A stretch of DNA of 64,000 nucleotides from an uncultured delta proteobacterium (GCA_963843145.1 CAWJJC010000006.1:32001-96000); one strand, 5' to 3'; counted from the stretch's first letter, positions 28,807-38,914 are shown. Notes: generated from the letters alone by a model not told the origin. Numbers and translations are program-made.

Positions 28807-31401
28807 ATGCTTAAAAAAATTAATTGGTCCCGCCTTTGGACAGCAAGGGGGAAAGCCCCTTCCCGGGAATACCTGTCCACGTTTTTTCGATTCAAATATT
28901 CCTCCTTCCGGATGTTGCTGGAGTCGAACACCGAATTTCTGAAAATCCTGGCCGATCTAGAGGTCAAACTCCAGGGGGAGCAGATTTTCGGCATGTCTTT
29001 TGTCCAGAGCCAGTCGACCCGGGCGATTTTTCACACCCTGCGGATGGTCAAAAACCTGGATGACCTCTCCCGGCATCACTATCCCGTCTTGTTTGGAGTG
29101 GTGGATAAAATCAATGCCCAGATCAAAGCCGTGGTGGGGGCCCGGAAGGAACTCCCGGAGGGCCAATTTATCCTGCCCTACTCAGAGATCAACGCCGAAA
29201 TGGTGGACTGGGTGGGCGGCAAGAATGCTCATTTGGGGGAGATGGTCAGCCGGTTGGGCCTTCCGGTTCCCGAGGGTTTCGCGATCAGTACCCAGGCCTT
29301 TCAGGCTTTTTTCCAGCAAAATGATCTCTTTGATGAAATCAATCGAAAAAAGATGGAAATTGACCCTGTCCAATCGGAAACGATTACCCGGGCCAGCGAG
29401 GAAATCCAGGGATTGATCCTCAAGACTCCGCTCCCCCCGGCGTTGGAAGACGCCCTTTATCAGGCCTACGACGGCCTGACCCTGAAATTAGCCGGCACCC
29501 GTCCTGAGGGGGATCCGGTGCGGGTAGCCTTGCGGAGCAGCGCTATTGGCGAAGACAGCGAACTTTCCTTCGCCGGCCAATACCTTTCTATCCTGAATGT
29601 AAACCGGGAGCAACTGATCCAGAGCTATACGATGGTCGTCGCCAGCCTGTACACCCCACGGGCCATCTCCTACCGCTTGAATAAGGGGATCCGTGATGAG
29701 GATATTGCCATGAGCGTGGCCTGCCTGGAACTGATCGACTCGGTGGCCAGCGGGGTCATGTATTCGCGCCACCCCTTTAAGCCCTGGGATAAGGATATAT
29801 TGATCAACGCGGTCTGGGGATTGGGACCTTATGCGGTGGACGGTGTAGTCACTCCGGACACCTATCGGGTTTCTCAAAACGACTGCTTCCATATTCTGGC
29901 TTCGGCCGTATCCTCCAAGACCGTACAACTGATCCGGAATCCCGAGGGAGGCTTAATGGAGGTACCGGTGGAAGAGGAACGGATTCACTGCCCTTGCCTC
30001 TCTCCCGATCAGATTAGTACCTTAGCCGGGTACGCGCAAAGCCTGGAAGGGCATTATCACCTGCCTCAGGACATCGAGTGGGCCTTGGACTCGGCGGGTC
30101 GCCTGCTGCTTTTGCAGTCTCGGCCCCTGCTGGTAAAGCCCTCTTCGGCGGCGGGACCTCGAGACTTTTCCGGCAGGTCGGACCTGGCGGTACTCCTCGA
30201 AGAAGGCGTGGTGGCCTCGCCCGGGGTCGGGTCCGGGCCGGCTTTTTTGATCCACTCCGAGGAAGATCTCCTCGACTTTCCAGAAGGGGCCGTTCTGGTG
30301 GCCAAACACTCCTCCCCAAAATTTGTCCTGGTCATGAAAAAGGCCGCCGCCCTCATTACCGAACGGGGAAGCCTTAGCGGCCATATGGCTTCGCTGGCCC
30401 GGGAATTTGAGGTTCCCGCCATTTTGGGCGCCCGGGAAGCCATGAAGGTGATCACCCCCGGTCTGGAAATTACCGTGGATGCCTTCGAGGGCCGGGTCTA
30501 CCGGGGCCGAGTCCCGGAATTGGTGTCCCTCGTCAAGAGGGAGGATTCCCGGGTCAAAGATTCGCCGGTCTACCGGGTCTTGAGGCAGGTAGCCGACTGG
30601 ATCGTTCCTCTGAATCTGGTCGATCCCAAGGCGCCGAATTTCTCCCCGGAAGGCTGCCGGACCCTGCATGATGTCTGCCGGCTGGTGCATGAGTTTTCCT
30701 ACCGGGAGATGTTTCTGCTCGGTGACCTGGTCTCCGACAGTCCGGGGGTGTCCTTCAAGTTGGAGGCTTCCATTCCCTTGGATCTTTATGTGATCAACCT
30801 GGAAGGAGGTTTTGCGGAGCTTCCGGAGAATGCGCGCAAAGTCACCGTAGATCAGATCGTCTCCGTGCCTTTTCGGGCACTGCTCCGGGGCATGACCCGG
30901 GAAGAATTTAAAAGGCCTCAGGTGCGGCCCGTGGAATTCAAGGGGTTTTTTTCGGTGATGAGCGAACAGATGCTGACCAATCCCCAGGCCTCCGACCGTT
31001 TCGGGGATCGAAGCTTCGCCATCATCTCGGATAAATACCTGAATTTCAGTTCCCGGGTCGGATACCACTACAGCGTCCTGGATGCCTACTGCGGCCAGAC
31101 CGTCAACAAGAATTATATCACCTTCTCTTTTAAAGGCGGGGCGGCGGACGACATCCGGAAGAACCGGCGGGTCAGGGCCATTGCTCAGATTCTTAAGGAA
31201 TTGGAATTCACGGTGGAAGTTCAAGGGGATCGGGTGGACGCCCGTTTTCAAAAATATGAAGGCGGCGTCATTGAGGAAAAACTGGACCTAGTGGGACGGC
31301 TGCTGATCTTCACCCGCCAGATGGATATGCTGATGAACAGCGAAAGCAGCGTGGAGGGGGTGGCCAAAAATTTTCTGGCGGGGAATTACCGGTATGATTA
31401 A
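28807..31401 (+). CDS. PEP-synthase-like dikinase paralog 2
   Basis: GGKNAHLGEM, RSSAIGED, SFAGQY, QDIEW, GSLSGHMASLARE; same N- and C-terminal extra domains as paralog 1. Confidence 0.88.
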   Translation: MLKKINWSRLWTARGKAPSREYLSTFFRFKYSSFRMLLESNTEFLKILADLEVKLQGEQIFGMSFVQSQSTRAIFHTLRMVKNLDDLSRHHYPVLFGVVDKINAQIKAVVGARKELPEGQFILPYSEINAEMVDWVGGKNAHLGEMVSRLGLPVPEGFAISTQAFQAFFQQNDLFDEINRKKMEIDPVQSETITRASEEIQGLILKTPLPPALEDALYQAYDGLTLKLAGTRPEGDPVRVALRSSAIGEDSELSFAGQYLSILNVNREQLIQSYTMVVASLYTPRAISYRLNKGIRDEDIAMSVACLELIDSVASGVMYSRHPFKPWDKDILINAVWGLGPYAVDGVVTPDTYRVSQNDCFHILASAVSSKTVQLIRNPEGGLMEVPVEEERIHCPCLSPDQISTLAGYAQSLEGHYHLPQDIEWALDSAGRLLLLQSRPLLVKPSSAAGPRDFSGRSDLAVLLEEGVVASPGVGSGPAFLIHSEEDLLDFPEGAVLVAKHSSPKFVLVMKKAAALITERGSLSGHMASLAREFEVPAILGAREAMKVITPGLEITVDAFEGRVYRGRVPELVSLVKREDSRVKDSPVYRVLRQVADWIVPLNLVDPKAPNFSPEGCRTLHDVCRLVHEFSYREMFLLGDLVSDSPGVSFKLEASIPLDLYVINLEGGFAELPENARKVTVDQIVSVPFRALLRGMTREEFKRPQVRPVEFKGFFSVMSEQMLTNPQASDRFGDRSFAIISDKYLNFSSRVGYHYSVLDAYCGQTVNKNYITFSFKGGAADDIRKNRRVRAIAQILKELEFTVEVQGDRVDARFQKYEGGVIEEKLDLVGRLLIFTRQMDMLMNSESSVEGVAKNFLAGNYRYD

Positions 31402-31438
31402 ATTCTTCCATCCATTGTTCTGAGAATTTAAACTTAGG

Positions 31439-31870
31439 TTAAGAGGGGCTGCGGTCCACCAGGCGCCGGATCTCGGCCTGGCGGATCCGGTCATCCCGCC
31501 CGGCTTTGATATCGTAAGCCCCGTTGATCTTTTCCACCAAGACCTCGATTTCACAGGGCTTCATCAGATAATCGTAGGCCCCCAGGCGCATGCCGTCCAC
31601 TGCCGAGTCTACCGAAGCGTGGCCGGTCAACAGCAGGACCTCGATCTGGGAATTTATTTTTTTTATTTCCCCCAAGGTCTGAATGCCGTCCATCCCCGGC
31701 ATTCGCACATCCAGGAGTACCACATCATAGTCTTTCCCCCTGATTTCCTGCAGGGCTTCCATCCCGGTCCCCACCGTGGCCCCGACCTCAAACCCCCTTT
31801 CAGCCAGGCGCTTGCTCAAGGTAAGGCGGAAACGTTCCTCGTCGTCAACTATTAGAATCCGGGGCGGCAT
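31439..31870 (-). CDS. Single-domain response regulator
   Basis: VDDE, LDVRMPGMDG, LTGHAS, KP. Confidence 0.92.
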   Translation of the reverse strand: MPPRILIVDDEERFRLTLSKRLAERGFEVGATVGTGMEALQEIRGKDYDVVLLDVRMPGMDGIQTLGEIKKINSQIEVLLLTGHASVDSAVDGMRLGAYDYLMKPCEIEVLVEKINGAYDIKAGRDDRIRQAEIRRLVDRSPS

Positions 31871-32999
31871 GTATGGCAACTCCTTTCTCCCCTAAGGGAA
31901 GCTGTATCGTGAAGGTGCTTCCCTGACCCAACCGGCTGCTGACCGAAACGCTTCCCCCCAGCTTTTCCAGGATGGTATGAGAAAGGGACAGCCCCAATCC
32001 GGTTCCTTTCCCGGGGCTTTTGGTAGTAAAAAAAGGGTCAAAGATTTTTGATAAATTTTCCGGGGAAATTCCGCAGCCGGTGTCGGTTATCGCTACCTCT
32101 ATCCCTTGCGCTGGAATCCGGTTGGCCTTGACCGTGATCCGGCCTTTTTCGGGAAGGGCATCCACCGCATTATTGAGGAAATTCAAAAAAACCTGTCGTA
32201 ATAAGATCCGATCGCTGGGAATCGAAGGGAGTTCCGAATCGAATTCCCCGCTGATTTTTATCGGCCGTCCTTCGGTTTCTCGAACCTTCTGGGCGATAAC
32301 CTCCTCGAGCAGTCCGCGGACTTCCACTGCCTGAACCGCTGTGTCCAACGGCCGTCCCAGACGGAGCAGATTATGGGTAACTTCCTTGCACCGCTTGGCC
32401 TGCTGAACGATCTCCCTCAGGGAATCTCGGAAGTCGGCTATTTCCGGAAGGTCTCGGCCCTCGGACCGGTTCAAGAGATCCTGCAGCCAGCCGGCCTCCT
32501 CGCTAATCACCGCCAGCGGATTATTTATTTCATGGGCCACGCCGGCCGAAAGCTCCCCCAGGGCCGCTAACTTTCGGGAACGCTGCAGTTGCGCTTCCAG
32601 TTGATTTTTTTCTTCCAGCAATTTTCGATATTGATTCTCGTCCTCCCGTTTTTTCCCTTCCTGCACCCGCCGCTGCGTGACATCCCTAAGCACCAGAAAC
32701 AAAAGAAACCTTCCTTGATGCTGAAAGGGCGAAAAGGATAGGTGGGCCATAAAAAACTTCCCGTTTTTTCTCTGAAAATCAACATCGATTTCCGTGGTTT
32801 CCTTGATTTTGGATAAATGGACAAAAAGGAAGCGCCCCCTTTCATAGGGGGCGCACAAGTCGCTCAACGTACGGGTCGACAGTTCCGATACCGAATAGCC
32901 GCTGGCCTGCGCTACTCCCCGGTTCGCAATAAGGATGCCCCCGTTTTCGTCGGTAACCATCAAGGGCAGGGCCACCTCTTCAAACAATGTTTGAAACAA
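31845..32999 (-). CDS. PAS-domain histidine kinase
   Basis: PAS; AHEINNPL; NFLNNA; DTGCG; FFTTK; GTGLGL. Confidence 0.92.
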   Translation of the reverse strand: MFQTLFEEVALPLMVTDENGGILIANRGVAQASGYSVSELSTRTLSDLCAPYERGRFLFVHLSKIKETTEIDVDFQRKNGKFFMAHLSFSPFQHQGRFLLFLVLRDVTQRRVQEGKKREDENQYRKLLEEKNQLEAQLQRSRKLAALGELSAGVAHEINNPLAVISEEAGWLQDLLNRSEGRDLPEIADFRDSLREIVQQAKRCKEVTHNLLRLGRPLDTAVQAVEVRGLLEEVIAQKVRETEGRPIKISGEFDSELPSIPSDRILLRQVFLNFLNNAVDALPEKGRITVKANRIPAQGIEVAITDTGCGISPENLSKIFDPFFTTKSPGKGTGLGLSLSHTILEKLGGSVSVSSRLGQGSTFTIQLPLGEKGVAIHAAPDSNS

Positions 33000-33077
33000 A
33001 AGATTCCCCTATTTTGAGAAAGGGCGCGTGTGCGTTCATCCTTATCGGACGGGTCGCTCGTGATTGGTCCCGAGACC

Positions 33078-33497
33078 TTATCCGGAGAGATCTTTCCCGG
33101 AGGCGCTTCTGATTTTTTCCTCGTGGGCGGTTTTTTTTTCAGAGGCTTGGTAAATTTTTTTTACCAAGTCCTCAATATTCGCCGGCTTCATAATATAATC
33201 GAAGGCGCCCAGTTTCATACCTTCAATCCCGGATTCGAGAGAAGCATGCCCGGTCAGCATGATCACCTCGATGAGGGGTTTGTTCTTTCTCATTTCACGC
33301 AAAGTCTCGATACCGTCCATTCCAGGCATCATCACATCCAGCACCACGACATCAAAGGGTTGATGTTCAATCCGTTCCAGCGCCCTGGCCCCGTTTTCCG
33401 CCCCTTGGGTCAAAAAATTTCTTTTCTCGAGGCGTTTCACCATGGTCTCCAAAAAATCATGTTCGTCGTCCACAATTAACAGTTTGATATCGCTCAT
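33078..33497 (-). CDS. Single-domain response regulator
   Basis: VDDE, LDVMMPGMDG, LTGHAS, KP; start ATG 33497 with RBS GAGGT. Confidence 0.92.
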   Translation of the reverse strand: MSDIKLLIVDDEHDFLETMVKRLEKRNFLTQGAENGARALERIEHQPFDVVVLDVMMPGMDGIETLREMRKNKPLIEVIMLTGHASLESGIEGMKLGAFDYIMKPANIEDLVKKIYQASEKKTAHEEKIRSASGKDLSG

Positions 33498-33701
33498 CTT
33501 AACCTCGATCATTTTGCGAAGGACCCATGGGAAATCAACGGTATTGAATCAAGGAAAACTCCCCCATTTCGAACAAATAGCATAAAAAATTTGAAAAGTC
33601 AGTTGAGAAACAAACGTGAATGGGGTGAACGGGAATCGGGATGCCCGCCGGGGGGCAGGGGGGGTTAATACGAAATTAGCCTCTTTGACCAGCAACCTGG
33701 C

Positions 33702-33755
33702 CAATAATCAATAATCAATAATCAATAATCAATTGTCAATTGATTATTAATATTA
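33702..33755. repeat. AT-rich heptamer tandem/inverted repeat (CAATAAT)n
   Basis: CAATAAT x4 followed by CAATTGTCAATTGATTATTAA; related motifs at ~58490-58517 and ~63732-63766. Confidence 0.75.
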
Positions 33756-33823
33756 GCCGGTTAGGAAGTTGTTTCGTCCCTTTTTTTCTGATCTAGGCGA
33801 GTGCCCGCCCCGGGTCTGGCGGT

Positions 33824-34561
33824 TTAATATAGGGGCAGGGCCACGTTCAAAAAACGGTCGCTGCCGATTTCCTTGAATTGCAGCCGCAGTTCTTTCCCTG
33901 AGGATGCTTCTCCCGGGAAAAAGATGAAGCCCTGGACTACTTCCAGGGGTCGGATGGGGCGGTTTTCCAGGGACTTGGTTCTTAAATCGTCGGAAATTTC
34001 CTGGTAGACGGGATGGGATCCGAGGGCCTGGGCGCCTCCGAGGGTCGCCCCGGCCGCGGCCCCTATCGCCGCCCCCTTCAAGGCCGCTTCCCCCACATGG
34101 CGTCCGGCAACGATCCCGATGGCGGCCCCGATCAAAGCCCCGGCGGCGCCGGCTAAAAATCCGGAAGCTGCCGCGCTGCTGCCGACGGCCGCCGGCTGGG
34201 CGCTCCGGGCCACCCGGTCATAGGCCAGTCGTTTGTCTAACACCGGCCAGAAATTGTTCTGCCTGTCCACCAGGAAAGTCTGGGAGGGGCTGATTTCCAG
34301 GGGATAATTTCCCTTATTGTCGATGACCACCTGGACCGGCATCAGTCCGGCTCCCCGGACATCGAACCCGAAGACCTCCTGGGCCTCATTGGGTTCCGGG
34401 AAGGCCTTGGCCCCGATTTCCAACCCGGCGACTTTGACCATATTGGGATAGGCGGCGGGCATCCTGAAAGGGACCACCTGCTGGGAATAGGGGCTGCAAC
34501 CCCAAATATTCAGCCCAAAGGCTATGAGAATAACCACGATCAATAGGGTTCGCCGGCGCAT
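33824..34561 (-). CDS. Lipoprotein with glycine-zipper region
   Basis: Lipobox IWGC; GAAGALIGAAIG...GAAIGAAAGA. Confidence 0.8.
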   Translation of the reverse strand: MRRRTLLIVVILIAFGLNIWGCSPYSQQVVPFRMPAAYPNMVKVAGLEIGAKAFPEPNEAQEVFGFDVRGAGLMPVQVVIDNKGNYPLEISPSQTFLVDRQNNFWPVLDKRLAYDRVARSAQPAAVGSSAAASGFLAGAAGALIGAAIGIVAGRHVGEAALKGAAIGAAAGATLGGAQALGSHPVYQEISDDLRTKSLENRPIRPLEVVQGFIFFPGEASSGKELRLQFKEIGSDRFLNVALPLY

Positions 34562-34596
34562 GGGATTTTCTCTTTCTGGTTCGGAAGGAAATTAAT

Positions 34597-34673
34597 TGGT
34601 CGGGACGACTGGATTTGAACCAGCGACCCCAGCGTCCCGAACGCTGTGCTCTACCAGACTGAGCCACGTCCCG
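34597..34673 (-). tRNA. tRNA-Pro(CGG)
   Basis: CGGGACGTGGCTCAGTCTGGTAGAGCACAGCGTTCGGGACGCTGGGGTCGCTGGTTCAAATCCAGTCGTCCCGACCA: cloverleaf, anticodon CGG, encoded CCA. Confidence 0.97.
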
Positions 34674-34689
34674 ACCTTAACAAAATAAA

Positions 34690-35262
34690 CTACACCAAAT
34701 CTTCTCCCCTGTAAAGTACTTCCACGAAATTTTTTAAAATCCGGGCCGTGGCCCCCCAGATGAAATCTCCCTGGTACTCGACATAGTAATTCAGAAAGGT
34801 ACGCCCCCCCCAGGTAAAGGGGCCTTCTTTGAATTTGGAGGGATCCAACAGGATTTCCAAAGGCAGTTCAATCAGTCGGTCTACCTCAAAGGGGCTGAGT
34901 TGAAAGGGATAGGGGTAGGGGATCAGACCCACATAGGGGCAGATCTTGAATTGGGTGATGGTTACCGTATGGTCCAATTCGCCCAGGATTTCCACGGCGT
35001 CCATGGCCAACCCGATCTCCTCCTCGGTTTCCCGAAGGGCGGTGGTTAGACAATCCAGATCTTCGTAGTTAAACGCCCCGCCGGGGAAAGAGATCTGGCC
35101 TTTATGCTGGTCCACTTTTTCCGTCCGTTTGGTGAGCAGGATATGGGTGCGACGATTTTTTTGGAACAAAGGCACCAAGACGGCCGCCGGAGTGAGATCC
35201 GGACGATCTTCGATTTTTCGGCCCCGGCCCTGGAATGTTTTTCGCAGTGCTTCTTTTTCCAT
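34690..35262 (-). CDS. Nudix CoA pyrophosphatase (NudL-like)
   Basis: AAVLVPL, LLTKR, HKGQISFPGG, ALRETEEEIG, IWGATA. Confidence 0.92.
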   Translation of the reverse strand: MEKEALRKTFQGRGRKIEDRPDLTPAAVLVPLFQKNRRTHILLTKRTEKVDQHKGQISFPGGAFNYEDLDCLTTALRETEEEIGLAMDAVEILGELDHTVTITQFKICPYVGLIPYPYPFQLSPFEVDRLIELPLEILLDPSKFKEGPFTWGGRTFLNYYVEYQGDFIWGATARILKNFVEVLYRGEDLV

Positions 35263-35264
35263 GG

Positions 35265-36032
35265 TTAGACCAGGATTCCGTATTTCGCCATATAATCGTC
35301 GAAATCCTTTTTCAGGGACGGGGAGATAGGTTGCCGTTCCCCTTCGATGAATACCGGGATCTGCTCCGTGTAAAGGTAGTGCATCACCTCGGAAATGGGG
35401 GCTAACGAGAATACGGGCACGCCGGTTTTTTCGGTAAATTTTCTTATGGCGTCGACGCCCTTTTTTCCCAAAATGATTTTTCCGGACTCGTCATAACAGG
35501 CGGTGGTCTGCTGGCGGTCAACTCCCAGGCAGAGGCCTACGATGCGCAGGGAGATATTTTTAGTGACCGTCTCCTGATCAATCTTTTCCAGCAAGTCATA
35601 TTTGGTGGCCATGGAAGTCCCCACATCATCGACGATCCATAAACCGCAGCCGTCCGAGAAGGTATTGTTGACCATCCTGTTTTTTTGTCCGGAGGCCTCG
35701 CCGTAGGCTTTGACCTCTTTCCGGTCATATTCGAAAGACCGGTCCAGGCGATGCTCCAGCCAGAGATTGATGGCTGTGGCCTGAGCGATGGCGCTGCCCT
35801 TGTATGAGGGGCCCAAAATAATGTCCACCTCCGGCAGTCGGGTCGATTCGACCAGAAAACGGGCAAAAAAAGAACCCAACCGGTAACTTAACTTGCCGGT
35901 GGAAAATTTCCCCAGGTTGACGAAATAGGGACTGGGTCGGCCGTCCTTGAGAACCAGCCCCTGCCGAAAAAAGAGGCTCCCGGTCTCGACTAAAAAGCGG
36001 GCGAATTCTTGTTGAAAGGGTTTCAGGGCCAT
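35265..36032 (-). CDS. pyrE: Orotate phosphoribosyltransferase
   Basis: LKDGRPSPYFVN, GPSYKG, RKEVKAYGE, IVDDVGTS PRPP-binding loop. Confidence 0.8.
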   Translation of the reverse strand: MALKPFQQEFARFLVETGSLFFRQGLVLKDGRPSPYFVNLGKFSTGKLSYRLGSFFARFLVESTRLPEVDIILGPSYKGSAIAQATAINLWLEHRLDRSFEYDRKEVKAYGEASGQKNRMVNNTFSDGCGLWIVDDVGTSMATKYDLLEKIDQETVTKNISLRIVGLCLGVDRQQTTACYDESGKIILGKKGVDAIRKFTEKTGVPVFSLAPISEVMHYLYTEQIPVFIEGERQPISPSLKKDFDDYMAKYGILV

Positions 36033-36035
36033 GAG

Positions 36036-37073
36036 TTAAAACCTCCCGGTGATTTGTAGATAAAAACCGACCCGTTCGGATTTCGCTTCATCCAGTCGGG
36101 AGACGGTCGTGGTGCCATCGGCAATATAAGTAAGGTTGGTGCCGTCCTCGGCTTGAAAGAAAAAGTAACGGGCCCCGCCCTCAAATTCCAGATGAGCCCC
36201 AGGCCGGTAATACAGACCCAAGAGTGCCTCTCCGCCACCCCATCCGGTGGTTTCGGCCTGATGAACGAAACTGGGGGCCTGGCTAAGATCCGCCCTCAGA
36301 TTCCAGCGTCCTTCCCCCCGGTAATGGGTGTAAGGAAAAAGGGCGAAAGAGGCTTTGATTCCCATTTGTTGGAGCCCGGGACGCGGGGTCTTGATAAAAT
36401 CGATCCCGCCGGCCAGGCCGAGGCGCAAGGCCTCCCAGTTGAATTCGTAGCGGGAGTCCAGTCCTAGGATGGGCTGATCGGCGGGGACTCCCAGTAGGGT
36501 GGTCCAACGGCCGTGGGTCATTTTTAATTTTTCTCGGTATTGCTGCCAGCCGATAAAGGGTTTCAAATACCATAGGGTTCCGGAGGTGGAGGATATGGTG
36601 GTCTGAAGGTCGGCGGACCAGAAGGTCGTGTCAGGGGAAACGTCCATGAGCGCGTCGTAGGTTAACCCGCCGGAAAGATAATCGGCATCTCGGCCGCTGC
36701 CTTGGGTTCCGCTTCCTGAGCCGACGATGACCGATAACCCTACGAGCGATTGAGGATGCGAAAGGACCAGGGAGGCATAGGGCAGGGTGCTGTCCAGATC
36801 CTTGAAGTCGAGCACCGAACGGCCGGTTCCCTTAGTGCTGGGGAAGCTGATTTGCCAGGAATCCCAGCCTCTGGAAAAATAAGCCCCTAATCCGATCTCC
36901 AGGACCGGGGTGGGCCTGCCCCAGGTAAAAGGAAGAGGTCCCGGCGTTAGGTCAGCCGAATTTTGATCTTGGGCGAAGACCGTCCCGAACGTCACCAGCA
37001 CCAGCAGAAGGCCGAACCCGATGGCTCCCCATGATTCCCTGCGGCTTCTCTTGACTTTTGTTAATGGTCCCAT
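36036..37073 (-). CDS. Outer-membrane beta-barrel protein (omptin-like)
   Basis: Signal peptide, alternating beta strands, G.GRDADY motif, C-terminal Phe. Confidence 0.55.
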   Translation of the reverse strand: MGPLTKVKRSRRESWGAIGFGLLLVLVTFGTVFAQDQNSADLTPGPLPFTWGRPTPVLEIGLGAYFSRGWDSWQISFPSTKGTGRSVLDFKDLDSTLPYASLVLSHPQSLVGLSVIVGSGSGTQGSGRDADYLSGGLTYDALMDVSPDTTFWSADLQTTISSTSGTLWYLKPFIGWQQYREKLKMTHGRWTTLLGVPADQPILGLDSRYEFNWEALRLGLAGGIDFIKTPRPGLQQMGIKASFALFPYTHYRGEGRWNLRADLSQAPSFVHQAETTGWGGGEALLGLYYRPGAHLEFEGGARYFFFQAEDGTNLTYIADGTTTVSRLDEAKSERVGFYLQITGRF

Positions 37074-37118
37074 ATAATCAAATTTTCAGAAAATCCATGG
37101 GTAGGGGGATCTTAAACC

Positions 37119-38282
37119 GTGCAATTGGGTTTAGAAGTCTTTCTGAACAAGCCGCCCCGAGAGCTGTTGAATAAACGCTGGGGCCTGCTCTCCAACCAGG
37201 CTTCCATCAACAGGTCCGGCTACTATAGCAAAGATCTCCTCCGGGGTAAATTTGAAAACAACTTGACCTGCCTTTTTTCCCCGCAGCATGGGTTCTGGGG
37301 GACGGAGCAGGACAACATGGTGGAAACCCCGGATGCCCGTGATTCGGCCACGGGTCTGCCCATCTTCAGCTTATACAGCCGCATCCGCCGGCCTACCGCT
37401 GAAATGTTGGCTGGGATTGACCTCTTGCTGGTGGACCTCCAGGATGTAGGCACCCGGGTTTATACCTTTATCACCACCCTGGCCAATGTGCTCCAGGAGG
37501 CCAAAAAGTTCGGGATAAAGGTAGTGGTGCTGGATCGGCCCAACCCGTTGGGAGGGGAAACGGTGGAAGGCAACGTACTGCAAGCGGGCCTGACCTCTTT
37601 CGTCGGCGTCTGGAAACTTCCGATGCGCCACGGCCTGACCCTGGGGGAACTGGCCGGGCTTTTCAATCAGGTCCTGGGGATCGGGGCCGATTTGTCCGTT
37701 GCCGCCATGACGGGTTGGAACAGGGACATGTTCTTCGATCAAACCACCCGGCTCTGGGTTCCCCCTTCACCCAATATGCCGTCTCTGGAAACGGCCGTAG
37801 TGTATCCCGGACAGGTATTATGGGAAGGAACCAATATTTCCGAAGGCCGGGGAACCACCCGGCCGTTTGAATATTTTGGCGCCCCTTTTATCGACCCCTC
37901 CCGGGTAACAAAACGTCTGAATGAATTTCCAATTCCCGGGGTGAACTTATTGGAGACCGCTTTTCGTCCGACCTTTCAGAAGTGGCAAGGGGAAGTGTGC
38001 CGCGGGTTTTTTCTTCAGGTCTATGACCGCCGGGTTTTTCAGCCTTACCGCACCGCCTTGATTCTCCTGCAGACGGTCCGGGAGCTGTACCCCGAAGATT
38101 TCAAATGGAAAGAACCCCCCTATGAATACGAGACCGAACGAAGGCCCATAGACCTGTTAATCGGGGATCAGCCTCTCCGCCTGGCGCTGGAAGCCGGACA
38201 GCCGGTTTCGGAGCTTGAGGCGACCTGGATGCCGGGGCTGGAAGAATTTGTAAAAATCCGGGAAGCGTTTTTGCTCTATTAA
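37119..38282 (+). CDS. namZ: Exo-beta-N-acetylmuramidase NamZ (DUF1343)
   Basis: FSPQHG, DLQDVGTRVYTF, LDRPNPLGG, RHGLTLGELA, SPNMP, SEGRGTTRPFE. Confidence 0.9.
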   Translation: MQLGLEVFLNKPPRELLNKRWGLLSNQASINRSGYYSKDLLRGKFENNLTCLFSPQHGFWGTEQDNMVETPDARDSATGLPIFSLYSRIRRPTAEMLAGIDLLLVDLQDVGTRVYTFITTLANVLQEAKKFGIKVVVLDRPNPLGGETVEGNVLQAGLTSFVGVWKLPMRHGLTLGELAGLFNQVLGIGADLSVAAMTGWNRDMFFDQTTRLWVPPSPNMPSLETAVVYPGQVLWEGTNISEGRGTTRPFEYFGAPFIDPSRVTKRLNEFPIPGVNLLETAFRPTFQKWQGEVCRGFFLQVYDRRVFQPYRTALILLQTVRELYPEDFKWKEPPYEYETERRPIDLLIGDQPLRLALEAGQPVSELEATWMPGLEEFVKIREAFLLY

Positions 38283-38914
38283 TGCGAGGTTATCATGGCT
38301 TGAAACGATCCGATCTGATTTTCGGGCTGACCCGGACGCTAGCCCGCTTCATTCTCCCGTTGAAGTTCAATATCCGCACCCAGGGCTGGTCGAATCTCCC
38401 GGAAAAGGGGCCGGCCTTTTTGATCCCTAAGCATCAACAATGGTGGGATGTCCCTCTGCTTGGCCAGGTGGTCCCCCGCCCCCTGTATTTCTTTGCCAAA
38501 CAGGAGTTGTTTCGCTCCGCCCTGGGTCGCTATCTCATCAGCCGGTTGGGTGGGATCCCGGTGGATCGAGAGTCTCCGATTAGAAGCCTAGCCACATTCC
38601 GGGAAATAGGCTCCCTGCTGCGGCAGGAAGCTTTTTTGGTGTTGTTTCCCGAAGGGACCTATTATCCCGGGGCGATGGGGCCGGGGAAATGGAGGCTGGT
38701 GCAAGTGATTCTGAGGCTGCAAAATAAACAAGCCTTGAGACCCGTTCCGTTTTTACCGGTGGGCATCGATTACGAGCGACTATCCGGGAGCAGCAGAATC
38801 CGGGTTACCTTGCGGATCGGTGAACCGCTCCAGGAACCGGACCCCTGCCGGGCTGAGGGGTTCACGGGCCATCTTTTGTCCCGGATCCAGGACCTGTCCG
38901 GCCTTCCATCTTAA
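38282..38914 (+). CDS. Lysophospholipid acyltransferase (PlsC-like)
   Basis: HxxxxD (KHQQWWD), FAKQELF, FPEGT. Confidence 0.88.
   Translation: MRGYHGLKRSDLIFGLTRTLARFILPLKFNIRTQGWSNLPEKGPAFLIPKHQQWWDVPLLGQVVPRPLYFFAKQELFRSALGRYLISRLGGIPVDRESPIRSLATFREIGSLLRQEAFLVLFPEGTYYPGAMGPGKWRLVQVILRLQNKQALRPVPFLPVGIDYERLSGSSRIRVTLRIGEPLQEPDPCRAEGFTGHLLSRIQDLSGLPS

Noticed and set aside
30022-31251. Long antisense ORFs (409 aa here; also 38999-39934, 27833-28627, 56984-57709, 60711-61436)
   Set aside because: They are shadows of well-supported genes on the opposite strand in GC-rich DNA and carry no motifs.
25721-31401. Calling the two large proteins ppsA (PEP synthase)
   Set aside because: The C-terminal pyruvate-binding barrel motifs are absent.
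33702-33755. CRISPR array (also considered for 24020-24171)
   Set aside because: Heptamer tandem repeats without unique spacers; no cas genes in the window.
34597-34673. tRNA-Pro as an integration site for an island
   Set aside because: No integrase and no duplicated tRNA 3' end noticed in the window.
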